Shown here: piece by piece, positions 37,724 through 50,843 of the stretch | How the letters are laid out: each line of letters opens with the position of its first letter | Numbering within the stretch: position 1 is the stretch's first letter | Source of the DNA: Trichoplax sp. H2 | Taxonomy: Eukaryota | Length of the DNA stretch: 64,000 bases | NCBI GenBank assembly: GCA_003344405.1 | Contig: NOWV01000003.1 | Coordinates: 1,302,001 to 1,366,000 of the forward strand | Direction of reading: 5' to 3' | Made by a program: the position numbers and the translations under genes | Notes under the pieces: model-generated | The model's database searches: none | Told to the model about the DNA's origin: nothing | What the model saw: only the letters and a program-made list of their open reading frames with translations

Positions 37724-40700
37724 ATGAATTATCAACCATTACCTCATGGTCGTCGTTCATTTTATGAGAAACCCATCAAACCGACAAAGATTGGAGACAC
37801 CGCGAACACCAATCGCCATCATCCAATTCAAAATGCTTCGGTGCTATTCCAGTATATCAATAGCAATATTATAGGTAAAAATACAACTGTGGATGGCCCT
37901 TACGGAAAAAAAAGTGGTATGTACATGATTAGCATTAAATTTCATTTCTCCATTTCAGTAATATTGATATCAGGTCATATGGTTGTATGTAATTGACGCT
38001 ATTTGTAATCGAATTCACTTTGCAATATGTGCTACACATAACGATGTCATCTATTGCGTAAATCTTGTGCAAATCTGCTACTAATAAATTCCCTTTGGTT
38101 AATATTACAGTCATCTACTGTGACTATACTGCATCTGGCAAGTAAGTTGAAACCCATTAAATAGCATTATATAACAGACATGTAATTAGCTCTTGACAAT
38201 GTAGCCCTTGAGTAATGTCATCCTCTAATGGAGCTGTTGCTGACGCGTACATGAGTAATATTAGTGCTCCACTCGATAGCTTGCACAGTAATTATCAAAC
38301 GCAAATTGAAAGTTCTTAAAGTAGTATTTACATAAAGTAACTTATACGGTAAAAATACTTACTTATGACTTATGCAGCTTTAGAATGTAGTACATTATAA
38401 TTACTAGTATACGTATAATTACGTACTGAATGCCTAAAAGTTTATCTAATAGCAGCTGCTATTGCAAATGCTATCACTGAATGAACTTGAGACTTATTTT
38501 AGCTTCTAGTGACAGTTTATGGATTTACAGTTAATTGATGCTTACCGACGTTAAAACGAGTTCTACATTCACGATATAATGAACTGGTAGTATTATATTA
38601 ATTAATAAGCAAGGTATAGTCGAGGTAGTGACAAACGTCACTAGTTATTAATCATGATACCATAACTACAATATCTTTGCTATATACATTTAATACAGTA
38701 ATTCAACTTTTAGTAATGGTCGAAGTATATCTTATACGAGTCAATGTATTTATTACTTATTTGATATAGAGCATTAGCTTTCATCGAAGATTATATCAGA
38801 AATGAAGTCCTACCTATGTATGGTAATACGCACACCACTACAACAGTGACCTCACAACAAACAACATTGTATAGGCATGAAGCAAGGTAGATTATGCGGA
38901 AAAACCATCCATAGCAAATAGAACTCTAGTTCTTCTTGATTATTAGATTACTCGCAAATTGATGAAAATTATATCAGTCAATTTTGATACTGAATCAGAA
39001 AAATAAATAATTTTTGTATCATGAATGATTTCTACTTTTTGAAATTTGGTACTCTGCGGTCGTTCATAATTACTATAAAAGGCTAATATAAGATATGCAG
39101 TATGTATACTTATGTTATATGATTGATTAGTTTATAATTCAGATCTAAATTATACTTAAAATTTACTATTATTAATATAATATACAGGGACATAATACGC
39201 AGTGCAGTCAATGCTTCAGTAAATGATAGAGTTATATTTACTGGTAGCGGTTGTACTGGAGCTATCCATGAACTTGTTCATGCATTAAATATTGATCCAT
39301 CCAAAACAGTAAGTGTAATATTGCGAAAAATACTTTAATCAGATGGCTACGTAATTATCGTAACAAATATAGAAAATATATCAAGGTAATCATATCGCTT
39401 GATATGATTGTTTTAGCGTAGAGAATTTCGCTTGCAGTATACGATGTATATGAACTGAACTATATCTTCTGTCAATTATGTTTATTGTTTGATTAACATC
39501 GGTGAATCATGTTGTATTACTTTGCTTTGGAGCTGGAAAGATTTTAATATATCAATTCTGAATATAAAGGTAATATTTGTAGGCCCATTTGAACACCATT
39601 CTAATTTATTACCATGGAGGGAGTTAGGAACTAAGGTATCAAAGTACTATGCATATTTTGGTAACAGCTATGTCATACCGTAACGGTGTTACGATAACAT
39701 CTCTCAAAAAATTTATCATTTCTGTTGTCCTTATTCTTCCTGAACATCAATGATACGTCACAGGTAATAAGGATTGCAGAAGATGAACGTGGATGTGTTG
39801 ATCAAAAAGACCTTATTGAAAAACTACAAGTACGATAGTTACGGAAATTTCAACGTAACCAAATGTCAATTATGCTGATGGGAGAATTTTTCGGCATTAT
39901 TGTATATGGCTGTGTACCATACTTATTGCTTTAATATCTATTTGATAGGAAAATAAAGCTACAGCTTTTCAGATGATTGGATGCTTTTCTGCTGCTTCAA
40001 ATATTACGGGAATACTCGTTGATACGGATGCTATTACCATGTGTTTGCATAAGCATGGAGCTCTTGCCTTTTGGGACTATGCAACAGCTGGTTGGACGCT
40101 AATTTTCTAAATTGATGTTAATTACTTGCATTGTCACTCTGAATTTGCACTATACGAGCAGTTGAGTTCTGATACAGAATGACCTATTTCTTTTCTCTAG
40201 CTCCATATACAAATATCGATATGAATCCAGTCTTAACGCAGTAAGCCTTTTATGTTACAGTATTTTATTCATAATTTGTTAATAAGAAAAATTTAATAAA
40301 GATTCTGTGAATCTATCCTTACTTTAAAATATTACTTTTGAGAATGTTATTACGCAATCCATGTCTACATTTGGTAGTATTAAGATCTTTAGTATCGTTC
40401 AGAAATCATTCTGCCCTATTTCATAAATCTTGCATAATCATTAAAAATTCTGGTACCATTTTTCAGTGATGACCAACATTTGGCATTTAAAGATGCGATA
40501 TACTTATCTCCTCACAAATTTGTCGGAGGAGTGGGTTCTCCAGGTATTCTGGATTTTGCTGTATTAATCATATTAAATTTAAACTAAACGTAGTTTCTGC
40601 CTTGAAATTGATCCCGGAAGGTTTGTTAATTGCAAAGAAGTCTCTATTTAGAAATCCTAGCCCTGCTATTAGTGGAGGAGGAACTGTTTTCTTCGTAAGC

Positions 40701-43700
40701 GTGAACAGTGCTGTATAAATGCCTTAATAATCCACATAAATGGTATCCATAACGCTAATTAATGATGATAGGTTACACAACAGAGTCATCGATACTTGGA
40801 AGATATTGAAATCCGAGAAGAAGGTGGAACTCCTGATATAGTCGGTTCGGTGCGTGCCAGTTTAGCGTTTCAGCTAAAAATGGTAAATTAATAGACTATT
40901 TTATTACAGATATTGATAATGTATAAACTAGTGCATAATAAAATGGTGATGTTGCGATAAATTAGGCTTTAACGCCGGAGAGTATCATGAACAGGGAACG
41001 TGAGATTCTTAAGTAAGTTTGATAAGAATCGTAATATTCTATTAAGTTTTTAGCATCAAAAACATCTAGTTCTAAATTTATGGTCATCTAAAAGTGTTAC
41101 GCCTTTGTAAGAGTATTCTGTATCATTAATTAGATTAGCCCTTGCGAAATGGTCAAAGTGCCCTAACCTGCTTATACTAGGCAATACGGACGTTCCTCGA
41201 TTGCCAATATTTTCTTTCTTAATCCGTCACTCGGAAACGAAACGTTTCTTACATTATAACTACGTATGCGTGCTATTAAACGACTTGTTCGGTATTCAAG
41301 CCAGGGGAGGATGTGCTTGTGCTGGACCGTATGCTGAGGTGTTCTAAAATGCAACTCTACCTTACTTTCGTACTAATAAACTATACAATTTTTGGGGATA
41401 ATATTTCTATTTGATAATTGTCTATCAGTATAGTTGTATAAGTCTTACGAATTAGCAACAAATGTTTGATTTATCTATTATCACTGTAGCAATTTTAACG
41501 AAAATTTGTATAAAATTAATCTATAACGGTTGTAATTAATGTTATACGATTTGGGTACTGTATACTTTCAGGACCTGCTTGGCATCAATGAAGAACTTGC
41601 TAAAAATTATGAGAGTATACTCCTTGAATATAGGTAGATATTTTCTTAATTTCACTGTTAGTTTACCTATAAATAATGTATGTTTACGTCACTGCTTCCA
41701 AAGATTTGACGAAAGATCTGACAACGAAATTTTGAGGTACTAATAAACTTTTCATTTTATTGCCCGTACTTCTACGAGCGAGATCTCCTAATAGTTGTAT
41801 TTTTTTCAATATCCGAATTACAATCAGACCGGGTTTTACTAGGATCAATTTACCGTATTTCATGTCCGATGAGGAAATAAAATACATCACAGAAGCATTG
41901 CTTTTAACTGCTCAGCATGGATGGAAGTTACTCCCTTTCGTAAATATAAATTAAATTGAAATATTTGCCATTAATAGCGTTTCTCACCCCGGAATGAGGT
42001 ACAGATTTTATATTATCTAAAATGTACCTTATTATTGTAGTATACCTTTAATCCAGAAACAAGCCAATGGAGACATCAATCATTTCAGGTTATTTTAAAG
42101 CCTACAAATTTTCAGCTTTTAGATTTAAGTAATTTTGGCTGGTACTGATTAATTACAGGTTTTTAAAGACCGAAAATGGCTAGGCAATATAAATTATGAC
42201 TTAGGTTTTATGAATTATGTGAATAATACGTCAACTAATTGCAAAGAATCTTTAGATGTACGTATTTCTTGAAGCATAGCTCGTGCGAATAATATCTGAA
42301 GATGATAATATGCTAACCATAAAACTTACTTTCATAACAGGAATATCTTAGTCTTGCGAAAACACAGCTAGAAAAAATACACCCAGGCCAGGTTGGATTT
42401 GATATCTTCATGGTTTTATTAATGACATTGATTCATACGTATAACCCTTCTAAGATAATAATTAGCATATAAAATTATTTATGTGCTATAGTTACCGTCG
42501 ATATCTGATCAAACCTTAATACTGGGAGGGCATGGAGAGTCTCTAAGATGGTTTATGTATCCTTGTGAAGCGCAGCAAATTCTGCTTGGTAAAGATCTTA
42601 ATATGGAAAGGACTTTCATACCGCCTTTTATTCCTCGTCACTATGGTGAAGATGGCGTAGTTGTATTACAAGATCATGCATGCGTGATTAATAAATGTAG
42701 TAGCAAAATCTCCGGTAATAAAACCAACGGTTACGAGAATCAAAGCCTTTCAGATTCAACACCGTGTACATTGGATAAAAACATAAGCAATGAGTGTGAT
42801 GGTAAGATTTACATTGAATCGTTTCATGCTAAAACTACATATAATTGTCTCTACACCTTTAATAATATAGCGAAATCCGGTATTGGTTTCCAAGCATCTG
42901 AACCGAAGTCTAAAATTTTAGTATCGCAATGTAAACAATATAATTTTAAAGTTCGTTTTCATGTGCCTCCGAAAAAGATCATAAAGCTGACAATTGAGGT
43001 AAGATTTATCCTCAATATTACCTCTATCAATGCACATAAGCGAATACCTTATATGTGCATACTGCACAGCAACAGCCATAATTTCAAATACTACCACAAT
43101 TATAAATTTGTAACTGTCACTACCAAGACTGATGTGCATGTGCCAAAGTAGAACTTATTTTAATGGAGATCAATGCATTTTACTATATTGCGAATAATTA
43201 TGCTTGCAGGCAGTCCAGGATTTTAATATGATTGCACAAAACGATAAAATTCTCGTCTGTATATCTGGAGGCAAAGATTCGCTGTCATTACTACATACAT
43301 TGAAGCAATATCAATTCTACGCACGTGCAAAAGTAGGTAGCATGCTTCGTAACTTATACGAATATGTACAGTAGTACAAATTATATATATACAAGTCAAC
43401 GAATTTTTATTCCAAAGGCAATTATTGAATTTACTCATTTATTTATTTATTTTGTTTGTCAAATTTATCTCTTTTAGGGAATTCATTTTGATATTGGAGC
43501 CACCACAATTGATCCCCAATCATCTGGTTACAATCCTAGACCATTAATCAAATATATGGCTGAATTAGGAGTTCCATACTTTTATGAAGAGCAAGGTTAT
43601 GACTAATTTTAATACGCGTATAGTAAAATTTTTAGATATTGTACTTTCTCCAATTCAACTGTAAAATATTTGTTCTCTTAGATATAATAACTGCAGCAAG

Positions 43701-44881
43701 CAACGTTGATCGCTGCGACTCGATATGTAGTTTCTGTTCCAGATTGAAGCGTGGCAGAATTTATGCATGTGCACGACGTGAGGGATATAATGTTATTGCA
43801 CTAGGTCAACATCTCGATGATTTATCAGAAAGGTTTGATATTTTTCAGTACTTACATAATCATAATGTTTCTATAATATGCTGAATCATAATGGCTTTAT
43901 TCTATGCTGATATCGTGATAACTAGAGTTTCTGAATGACTCAGTATCTTAGATATTTTGTTATTTCATAGCTTTTTAATGTCTATATTTCATAACGGTTT
44001 CTTGCGTACTATGAAGGCTTGTTATACTGTAAGGTAAGTATTATCAGAGCTAAAAAATTTGTATGGGCGTTATAAAATACCTGCGAATATTTAGTATTAC
44101 ATTATAAAGCAAATGGAATGTTTTCTTCGCGTATGCATTCTACAGAGAGAAAGATCTGCGTGTTATACGGCCATTTGTTTACGTTAGAGAGCAGGAATTG
44201 AAAACATTTGCAGAACAGGTCACTGCATAGTGATATCCATTGTTATATGTTATGACAGGATCGTATGTGAAGTGATTTGCATTATATTTTCAGGCAAAGT
44301 TACCAGTGATTCCGGAAAATTGTCCGGCTTGTTTCGAAGCCCCAAAGGTAAAATATATGTTCATAAGTATTGAGCAATTTTAACATTGTATGGACACTTC
44401 ACGAATACTATGCGATGTACTTATTTTTAACGAAGAAAGTTGTTCAATAGTTACCAGTTTTTGCTTATAAATTTATAGCTTTCGTTATCATAGCGATTAA
44501 ATGACTACCTTGCTGAGCAAATGTGTGTAGGATTGCTTTAAGAAAATTATGATGATTAATTATAATAACGTAATTAACGGCTGTTCGTAAATAATATTAA
44601 CATTACTGAGTGATATTTGATAGTAATTTCGCAATAATTGGTATTGCGAACGTAATTTAAAAAATTTTGGACAATATTAAGTAAATAAGTTTCATGGCTG
44701 AGATGCAGTCACTTGACTTCTTTAGGAACGTCGAAGAGTAAAACAATTGTTAGCTAATCAAGAAGTATTATTCCCAATGCTTCATCAAAGTTTGCTCTCT
44801 TCCATGAAGCCATTGATGTCGAGAAACAGCGTTGGGATGGAGTCTCGAAGGATCGTAGATAATCAATTGGATGAAGATTAA
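37724..44881 (+). CDS. Fusion protein: class-V aminotransferase/cysteine desulfurase-like domain plus TtcA-like tRNA 2-thiocytidine sulfurtransferase (PP-loop) domain; 27 exons
   Basis: Phase-consistent exons start at about 37724, 38111, 38770, 39188, 39570, 39764, 39949, 40201, 40466, 40621, 40772, 40966, 41134, 41572, 41704, 41828, 42041, 42159, 42341, 42492, 43210, 43478, 43682, 43971, 44146, 44294 and 44726. N-half motifs: [36 protein letters not shown] (PLP Lys), [25 protein letters not shown]-half motifs: [32 protein letters not shown]. No internal stop; TAA at 44879-44881. Confidence 0.92.
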
Positions 44882-45903
44882 ATTTAGAAGTTCTCGCACG
44901 ATATATTTGAGATTGCCGAATATGCAAAGAGGAGCGTTATTCACTTATTAATAATCACTGTATAAATATGAAAATACGCATGAAATTATTCACTATACCA
45001 TATACAGTACAGTGATTTACAATATTATGAATCCCAAATTTTGGGTACTACATTGATACTGGTATAACGGTAAAAAATTTTGATGTAGCTCTTGTATTTT
45101 ATTCTATCTTCGAATAAATTTTATTTTCAGAATGAGTTCATGCGCGAAGTGATTCTGCTAGTATTTGACGGTGATTAATATAAGAGATTTCAATGTCTAG
45201 CTTGCATCTTACATATAATGAAATAGCCGGTCACGATCATGGCCGGTGAGTCCATACTCGATGTTCTTAGAATAATCTTACAGCCATTAAGTAATGTCGG
45301 GGATTAATGATAATAATAATAATATAATTACAAGATAATTTTTAAGAAGTTGTAACATATAAAGAAAGGTACATATATAAAGGCTGCCAGACTTTTCTAG
45401 GTGAGGGGAATGGGATCTATTTTTTACTGGTGTTGCATAAATCAATGGATTCTAGCGTCATTTCAGAAGAGCTTCAGTTGAGTGAAATGATAGCAAGGTG
45501 TGGTTGTAATGGCCTCTACCTCAACTTCAGTACTGCAATATTTTTATATTTACCAATCGAACCCTCGCTCGGGATACATAACGTACTTTACTTATATTTT
45601 TTACTTTACATTATATACTCGTAATTAAATATCGTTGCCACTTTGCACTGAGTATATTAATGCCGTATAGTTTTAGCTGGTATGATGTAGTCCCCTAATA
45701 AGCATCTGTATAAACAGCAAGAATATTATATCTAACGAGTGTACCAGTACGTAGAGCCTATAGTGCGTACTTAATTTTGTAGTGGCAACTGGCGAATAGT
45801 AGAACGTGTAATTAAAGCAGAAGTTCAAATGCTAGTTTAGAGTACAGTATCAGTTAATTCTATACAGTATATCCTAGCTATGGCTGTAGATATACAGATT
45901 CTT

Positions 45904-46272
45904 GGATGGATGGATGCAGACACACACACATACACACACGGATACAATTATTTTCTAGAATAATATACAGTAGATGTCTCGCCTTTTCACCAAGTGCAGC
46001 AAGGACATTTTTCTTACCAACCCCTGAGGAGAGAGTTTATGTGTACAGTATGTGCGTACAGTATGTGGGAAGGTATGTGCGTACAGTATGTGGGAAGGTA
46101 TGTCCGTACGTCGGTATTTTCCGTTGCATATACATTATACTGTACAGTACTGTGCTTCCCTATACAGTACAGTACTGTACAATGTACAGTACAGTACTGT
46201 ACAGTACATCACAGTACAGTATTCCACGCCTACAGTTACGTACAGTATATTGTACTGTACATCTGTACTGTA
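45904..46272. repeat. Low-complexity upstream region: (GGAT)n, (CA)n, a 26-bp duplication and a dense TACAG/TACTG array
   Basis: GTATGTGCGTACAGTATGTGGGAAG occurs twice at about 46048-46098. ACAGTACAGTACTGTAC-type repeats fill 46136-46272. These explain the three overlapping spurious ORFs here. Confidence 0.8.
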
Positions 46273-46348
46273 TAAGCACCCATAGACTGGGCGGGGTAGT
46301 TTGATTCATATTGGTAGTAAAAACGTTCTTTCTTTACTATCATGAGCT

Positions 46349-47305
46349 ATGGCAGAAACTAATTTCATCTTATTGACAACGTACCAGCTGCTAGAAGAGC
46401 AATTGCAGATGGTCCATCAACTTGGTCAAGTTGTACCATGGAAGGAAGTGGAAAATGAAGCTATTGCTGGTAAAATTAATGGCATATTATGTTCGTCCAA
46501 CGACTACGTCAATGATGACTTATTAAAGCGTTTACCTAACCTTAAAGTGGTTAGTAATTATAGCGTCGGATGTGATAATGTCGATCCGAAAGCAATTGCA
46601 AATCGTAGCATTCAACTAGGGTACACACCGGCTTCTAATGCTGATGCTGTAGCTGATTTTACCTTTACATTATTACTATCTTCTGCTCGTCTTTTAATCC
46701 CCGGTGCAAAGTTCTGGAGGTCAAAGGAGACTTTAGGTGAGGATTGGTTGAGATTATCTGGTGATGTCTACCGCAAGACATTAGGTATTATCGGTATGGG
46801 TGCGATCGGTTGCAAAGTTGCCCAGCGTAGCCTTGGCTTTGAGATGAAAGTACTTTATCATAGTCGTCGTCGGAAAGATAGCCATACAGAATCTAGACTC
46901 AATGCAACTTATTGCAACTTAGAGGATTTATTGCAACAAAGCGATTTTGTAATTGTAGCTGTAGCTTTAACACCTGATACTGTTGGCATAATAAGTAGAA
47001 AAGAGCTTCAATTAATGAAAAAAAATGCAATATTAATCAATATTAGCCGTGGTAAGACTGTTGATCATGATGCTTTGGTTGAGGCACTTGAAAATAAAAG
47101 TATCCAAGGTGCTGCACTAGATGTTACAGAACCCGAGCCTTTACCACTCGATCATAAATTATTAACTTTTGACAATGTTATTATCACGCCGCATATGGCA
47201 TGGTCAACTTTCGATGCCCTCGAACATCAATTTAAAATGGCTATTGATAATTTAAAGTGTGGATTAAATGATCAGAAAGTACCTTACCCACTGGAACTCG
47301 ACTGA
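46349..47305 (+). CDS. D-isomer-specific 2-hydroxyacid dehydrogenase (glyoxylate/hydroxypyruvate reductase-like), single coding exon
   Basis: 318-aa uninterrupted ORF with SVGCDNVD, AVAD, Rossmann motif LGIIGMGAIG, LLQQSDFV, and the catalytic Arg (NISRG), Glu (DVTEPEPL) and His (TPH). AATAAA at about 47316. Confidence 0.93.
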   Translation: MAETNFILLTTYQLLEEQLQMVHQLGQVVPWKEVENEAIAGKINGILCSSNDYVNDDLLKRLPNLKVVSNYSVGCDNVDPKAIANRSIQLGYTPASNADAVADFTFTLLLSSARLLIPGAKFWRSKETLGEDWLRLSGDVYRKTLGIIGMGAIGCKVAQRSLGFEMKVLYHSRRRKDSHTESRLNATYCNLEDLLQQSDFVIVAVALTPDTVGIISRKELQLMKKNAILINISRGKTVDHDALVEALENKSIQGAALDVTEPEPLPLDHKLLTFDNVIITPHMAWSTFDALEHQFKMAIDNLKCGLNDQKVPYPLELD

Positions 47306-49341
47306 TTGGAATATCAATAAAATACTACTTGTCAGATTGTGAATCACTTCGTACGATGGCAATTACTTTACTAGATCCGCTTGACTTATGCTAGAACGCC
47401 AACGAGATGTGCTGATGCAAGTTTATAATCTGTATCGTTCCTTCTATTGCTGGTGTAAGCTTAACTAATACAGTGCAACGTGTAATACTTGGACCTTCTT
47501 TAGCAATATTATCAGGTCTAGCAATATACTTATTTCCATGTAGTGACGAAGGTTAATAAAGCTGGGTCCGAAATAATCTGAAATCTCCACTAAATCAACA
47601 TGTTCATAAATTGAGTGGGATGTATTTTAGTACTTATTTAGATACTGCATGGTTGGTGTCATTTCGAGAATATTTTTTCATGACTCGTATTTTAACGAAT
47701 ACTTGCAATAAAACAAAAATACATATACATAAGAAAATGTCGTTCAATCTCCATTTGAATAGTAGAAGATGTAACGGTGCTCTATTAGAAAATCAAAGGT
47801 AACCATAAGGATCCATAATATCGATATGTCGTGTCTTCTAGATTGTATTGGTTAGGCTAACCGTAATATTTTGTAGTTGACATGCAAATTTTGAATTAAA
47901 GAAGTAAGCTCAATTAATACTGATAATATATTCTAAGATAATGCTATTTAAAAGCAAAGGTTTAATTTTTGCTACCAGAATATGAAATTACTTTGTAATA
48001 CCCAACTTAATTCAAGCACATGTATCGAAAGCAACCGTATCACACTTTTATTAATATGATTAAGTGTTACTCTCCTACTTATGAATTATTTTTAGCAGCG
48101 AATTTTAACATGGCTTAATAACGTAACAAACGACGGTAGAAATGCACTACCAAATAATTGATAGCTACCAGCGTAAGGTACAAATTGCTCTGAATTTCTA
48201 GTATATCCAAAGCAATTAGCACATCAAAATGTGACGTAAGTACGCACAAAGTAATAAATTCAAAGAAAATTAACAGATAGACTATCTTAGATGGATTCCT
48301 GAATAGGCATGATGCTTGATCGACTAATTTGGAGCCGCGGTACAGAGTATCTAAAGACTAAACATTGCCATCTATTACTGTACAACCGCAGAATCAAGGC
48401 GAATCTACAGCTTTAAAATTAAAATTGACTAGTATACAGAACGTTTTTACAACAAAAGTATATAAATATTAGAGCTAGTTGTAGTTAGTTGTTAGCTTAC
48501 TGTCACAAATCAAAATCTAACACGAGGAAATTACAACTACAACAAAGGCATTACACTACAAATCTACTGTCAGGCCAATACTCTCGACATCTAATTACAA
48601 TACGACTCCAAATAATTTATAGCGAATCTACGTAACACTAATTGTATTATCAGAACATTTCACCCTACAATCTGACTAGGTAGGTATCTCCAACCTAAAA
48701 GTTTGTAAAATGTTTTCTTTTAGTAAATATTTTTAGCTTATTTCTCATAGATGATCTTATTTTAAGCATGATTACTGTCTCGTTCAACCATCTTGAGCTA
48801 CAATTTGAATCGTCTCATTGCTACATCTGCACATAATAACTTTCAATATCAAATATGTAACAGCCTATCATAAATAACACTCCCGTTAAGGCATTATTTA
48901 TCTTCCATAGCACTACAATTATAGATTTTACCATATTAACTACTACTGTACGACTAAGCTAACGGTAAGGTAATACCGTAGTACTATTGCTCTAGCATTA
49001 TTTAGGAATAGAGTGTTTGCTGTCTAACCAGGTATAAACACACCAAAAGTAGGGTAGATGGTATTTTAAGTTAGGATAACTATTACAAACTCACGTCGCT
49101 TTGCTGACGGTTTACGATATTGTACCCATTTGTTAATAATTAACAGATAGTATTACCATTCGATATTATATATATCCCGGTAATAGCCAGGCACTACTAT
49201 ATTCACAGCTATGCTTGTAGAATACTACCTTTCAATAATGCATTCACGGATGAAATGCTATGAAATACTATATTAAGATTAGTTAATGATCCAAAGCACA
49301 TTATGATAACTAATGTACGGTGATAGACAATTGGACATACC

Positions 49342-50843
49342 AAGTTAAGATTAGCAAGTACTGTAAGATATCGACAGTGCGGTATAATGTCCTTTGTACT
49401 GTGATCAATTCTATACCAGTCATTATAATGGGTCTAAGGATCGCTCGCTCTGTCGATAACAACCGTTAAAAGAAAATGTAACAATCAAAATGGCTGTGCA
49501 GAAAACTCTATAAAGATTCTATGTTTATTCAATTTTCATCAGAGTATTGCATCAAATCAAAATTGAAAGGCCAAGTGGCCACCCTTAGTGATATAACGAA
49601 TACTATTTTAAAAATCAGTACTCTGCAGAAATTGCTACCTTAGAGCTATTCGTTTTACATGAAGTAATCTTGAGGTAAAAAGTACTGTAAGAATCTTATA
49701 CTGACCTATTGAAATGAACCCATAATCACAGTCATCTAACAGTAGTATAAATACCCCCGCGCTGCTCGTTGCAGTGGGTGGGATTTTATTATTGATTAAA
49801 CCTAACAATAATATTTTGCAGCTCAGCGTCCAATTAGAAATAAATAATGATAAATAGAAGTGGAAATTGCTATAACTCGCTGTTAATGCAAGTAAATAAG
49901 ACGTAGGTGGTAATTTCGAATTGACAGACTTATTAATATTGATTCAAGTTAATAACAATATTTTCATAGTTCGATGTTGAGTAGGAAAATGCAGGGATAA
50001 CGAAAATACGATAGAGCTTGATATGAGTGCAAGTATATAAAAATTGAAGGAAGTTGAAGAAACTGTAAACATTGATCTAAGTNNNNNNNNNNNNNNNNNN
50101 NNAAGTTAAGATTAGCAAGTACTGTAAGATATCGACGGTGCGGTATAATGTCCTTTGTACTGTGATCAATTCTATACCAGTCATTATAATGGGTCTAAGG
50201 ATCGCTTGCTCTGTCGATAACAACCGTTAAAAGAAAATGTAACAATCAAAATGGCTGTTGTAATAAAGTGTCTATCGAAACGCAACGACTTCCACAACTT
50301 GAAGGAAAATCACTTTATTACAATAATTACGTCTTCTACCAAGGACTAGATTATCTATGGCTACTCTGTCTTCGGAGATAAAATCTCCTGCTTATATACA
50401 ATTGTGTACAGAGTATCTTCGTGACACATAAATCATTATCTACCTTAATAAGGCTAACATCACACCTCTAGCGTACCTGGAGGTGCCAAGCAGTATGACT
50501 AATAACTTTTACAATCCGTATTGCAATTACTAATACAAATCCTCACATATTTAATCTCACTCTACGATCTAGCACCTATTAAACCTAACAATAATATTTT
50601 GCAGCTTTGCGTCCAATTAGAATAAATAATGATAAATAGAAGTGGAAATTGCTATAACTCGCTGTTAATGCAAGTAAATAGACGTAGGTGGTAATTTCGA
50701 ATTGATAGACTTATTAATATTGATTCAAGTTAATAACAATATTTTCATAGTTCGATGTTGAGTAGGAAAATGCAGGGATAACGAAAATACGATAGAGCTT
50801 GATATGAGTGCAAGTATATAAAAATTGAAGGAAGTTGAAGAAA
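49342..50843. other. Two haplotype copies around an N gap, with shared flanks and unrelated middles
   Basis: 49342-49497 matches 50103-50258 and 49795-50082 matches about 50578-50863. The unique middles are 49498-49794 (297 bp) and 50259-50577 (319 bp). Confidence 0.8.

Noticed and set aside
41320..41340. Possible selenocysteine TGA near the catalytic cysteine loop
   Set aside because: The TGA is out of frame (GCT GAG = Ala-Glu before the donor). No in-frame TGA was found in the gene model.
41172..43438. Minus-strand ORFs at 41172, 41684, 42918 and 43223
   Set aside because: Antisense shadows of the plus-strand fusion-gene exons.
45906..46304. Three overlapping Cys/Tyr/Val-rich ORFs
   Set aside because: They are translations of stop-poor TACAG/CA simple repeats.
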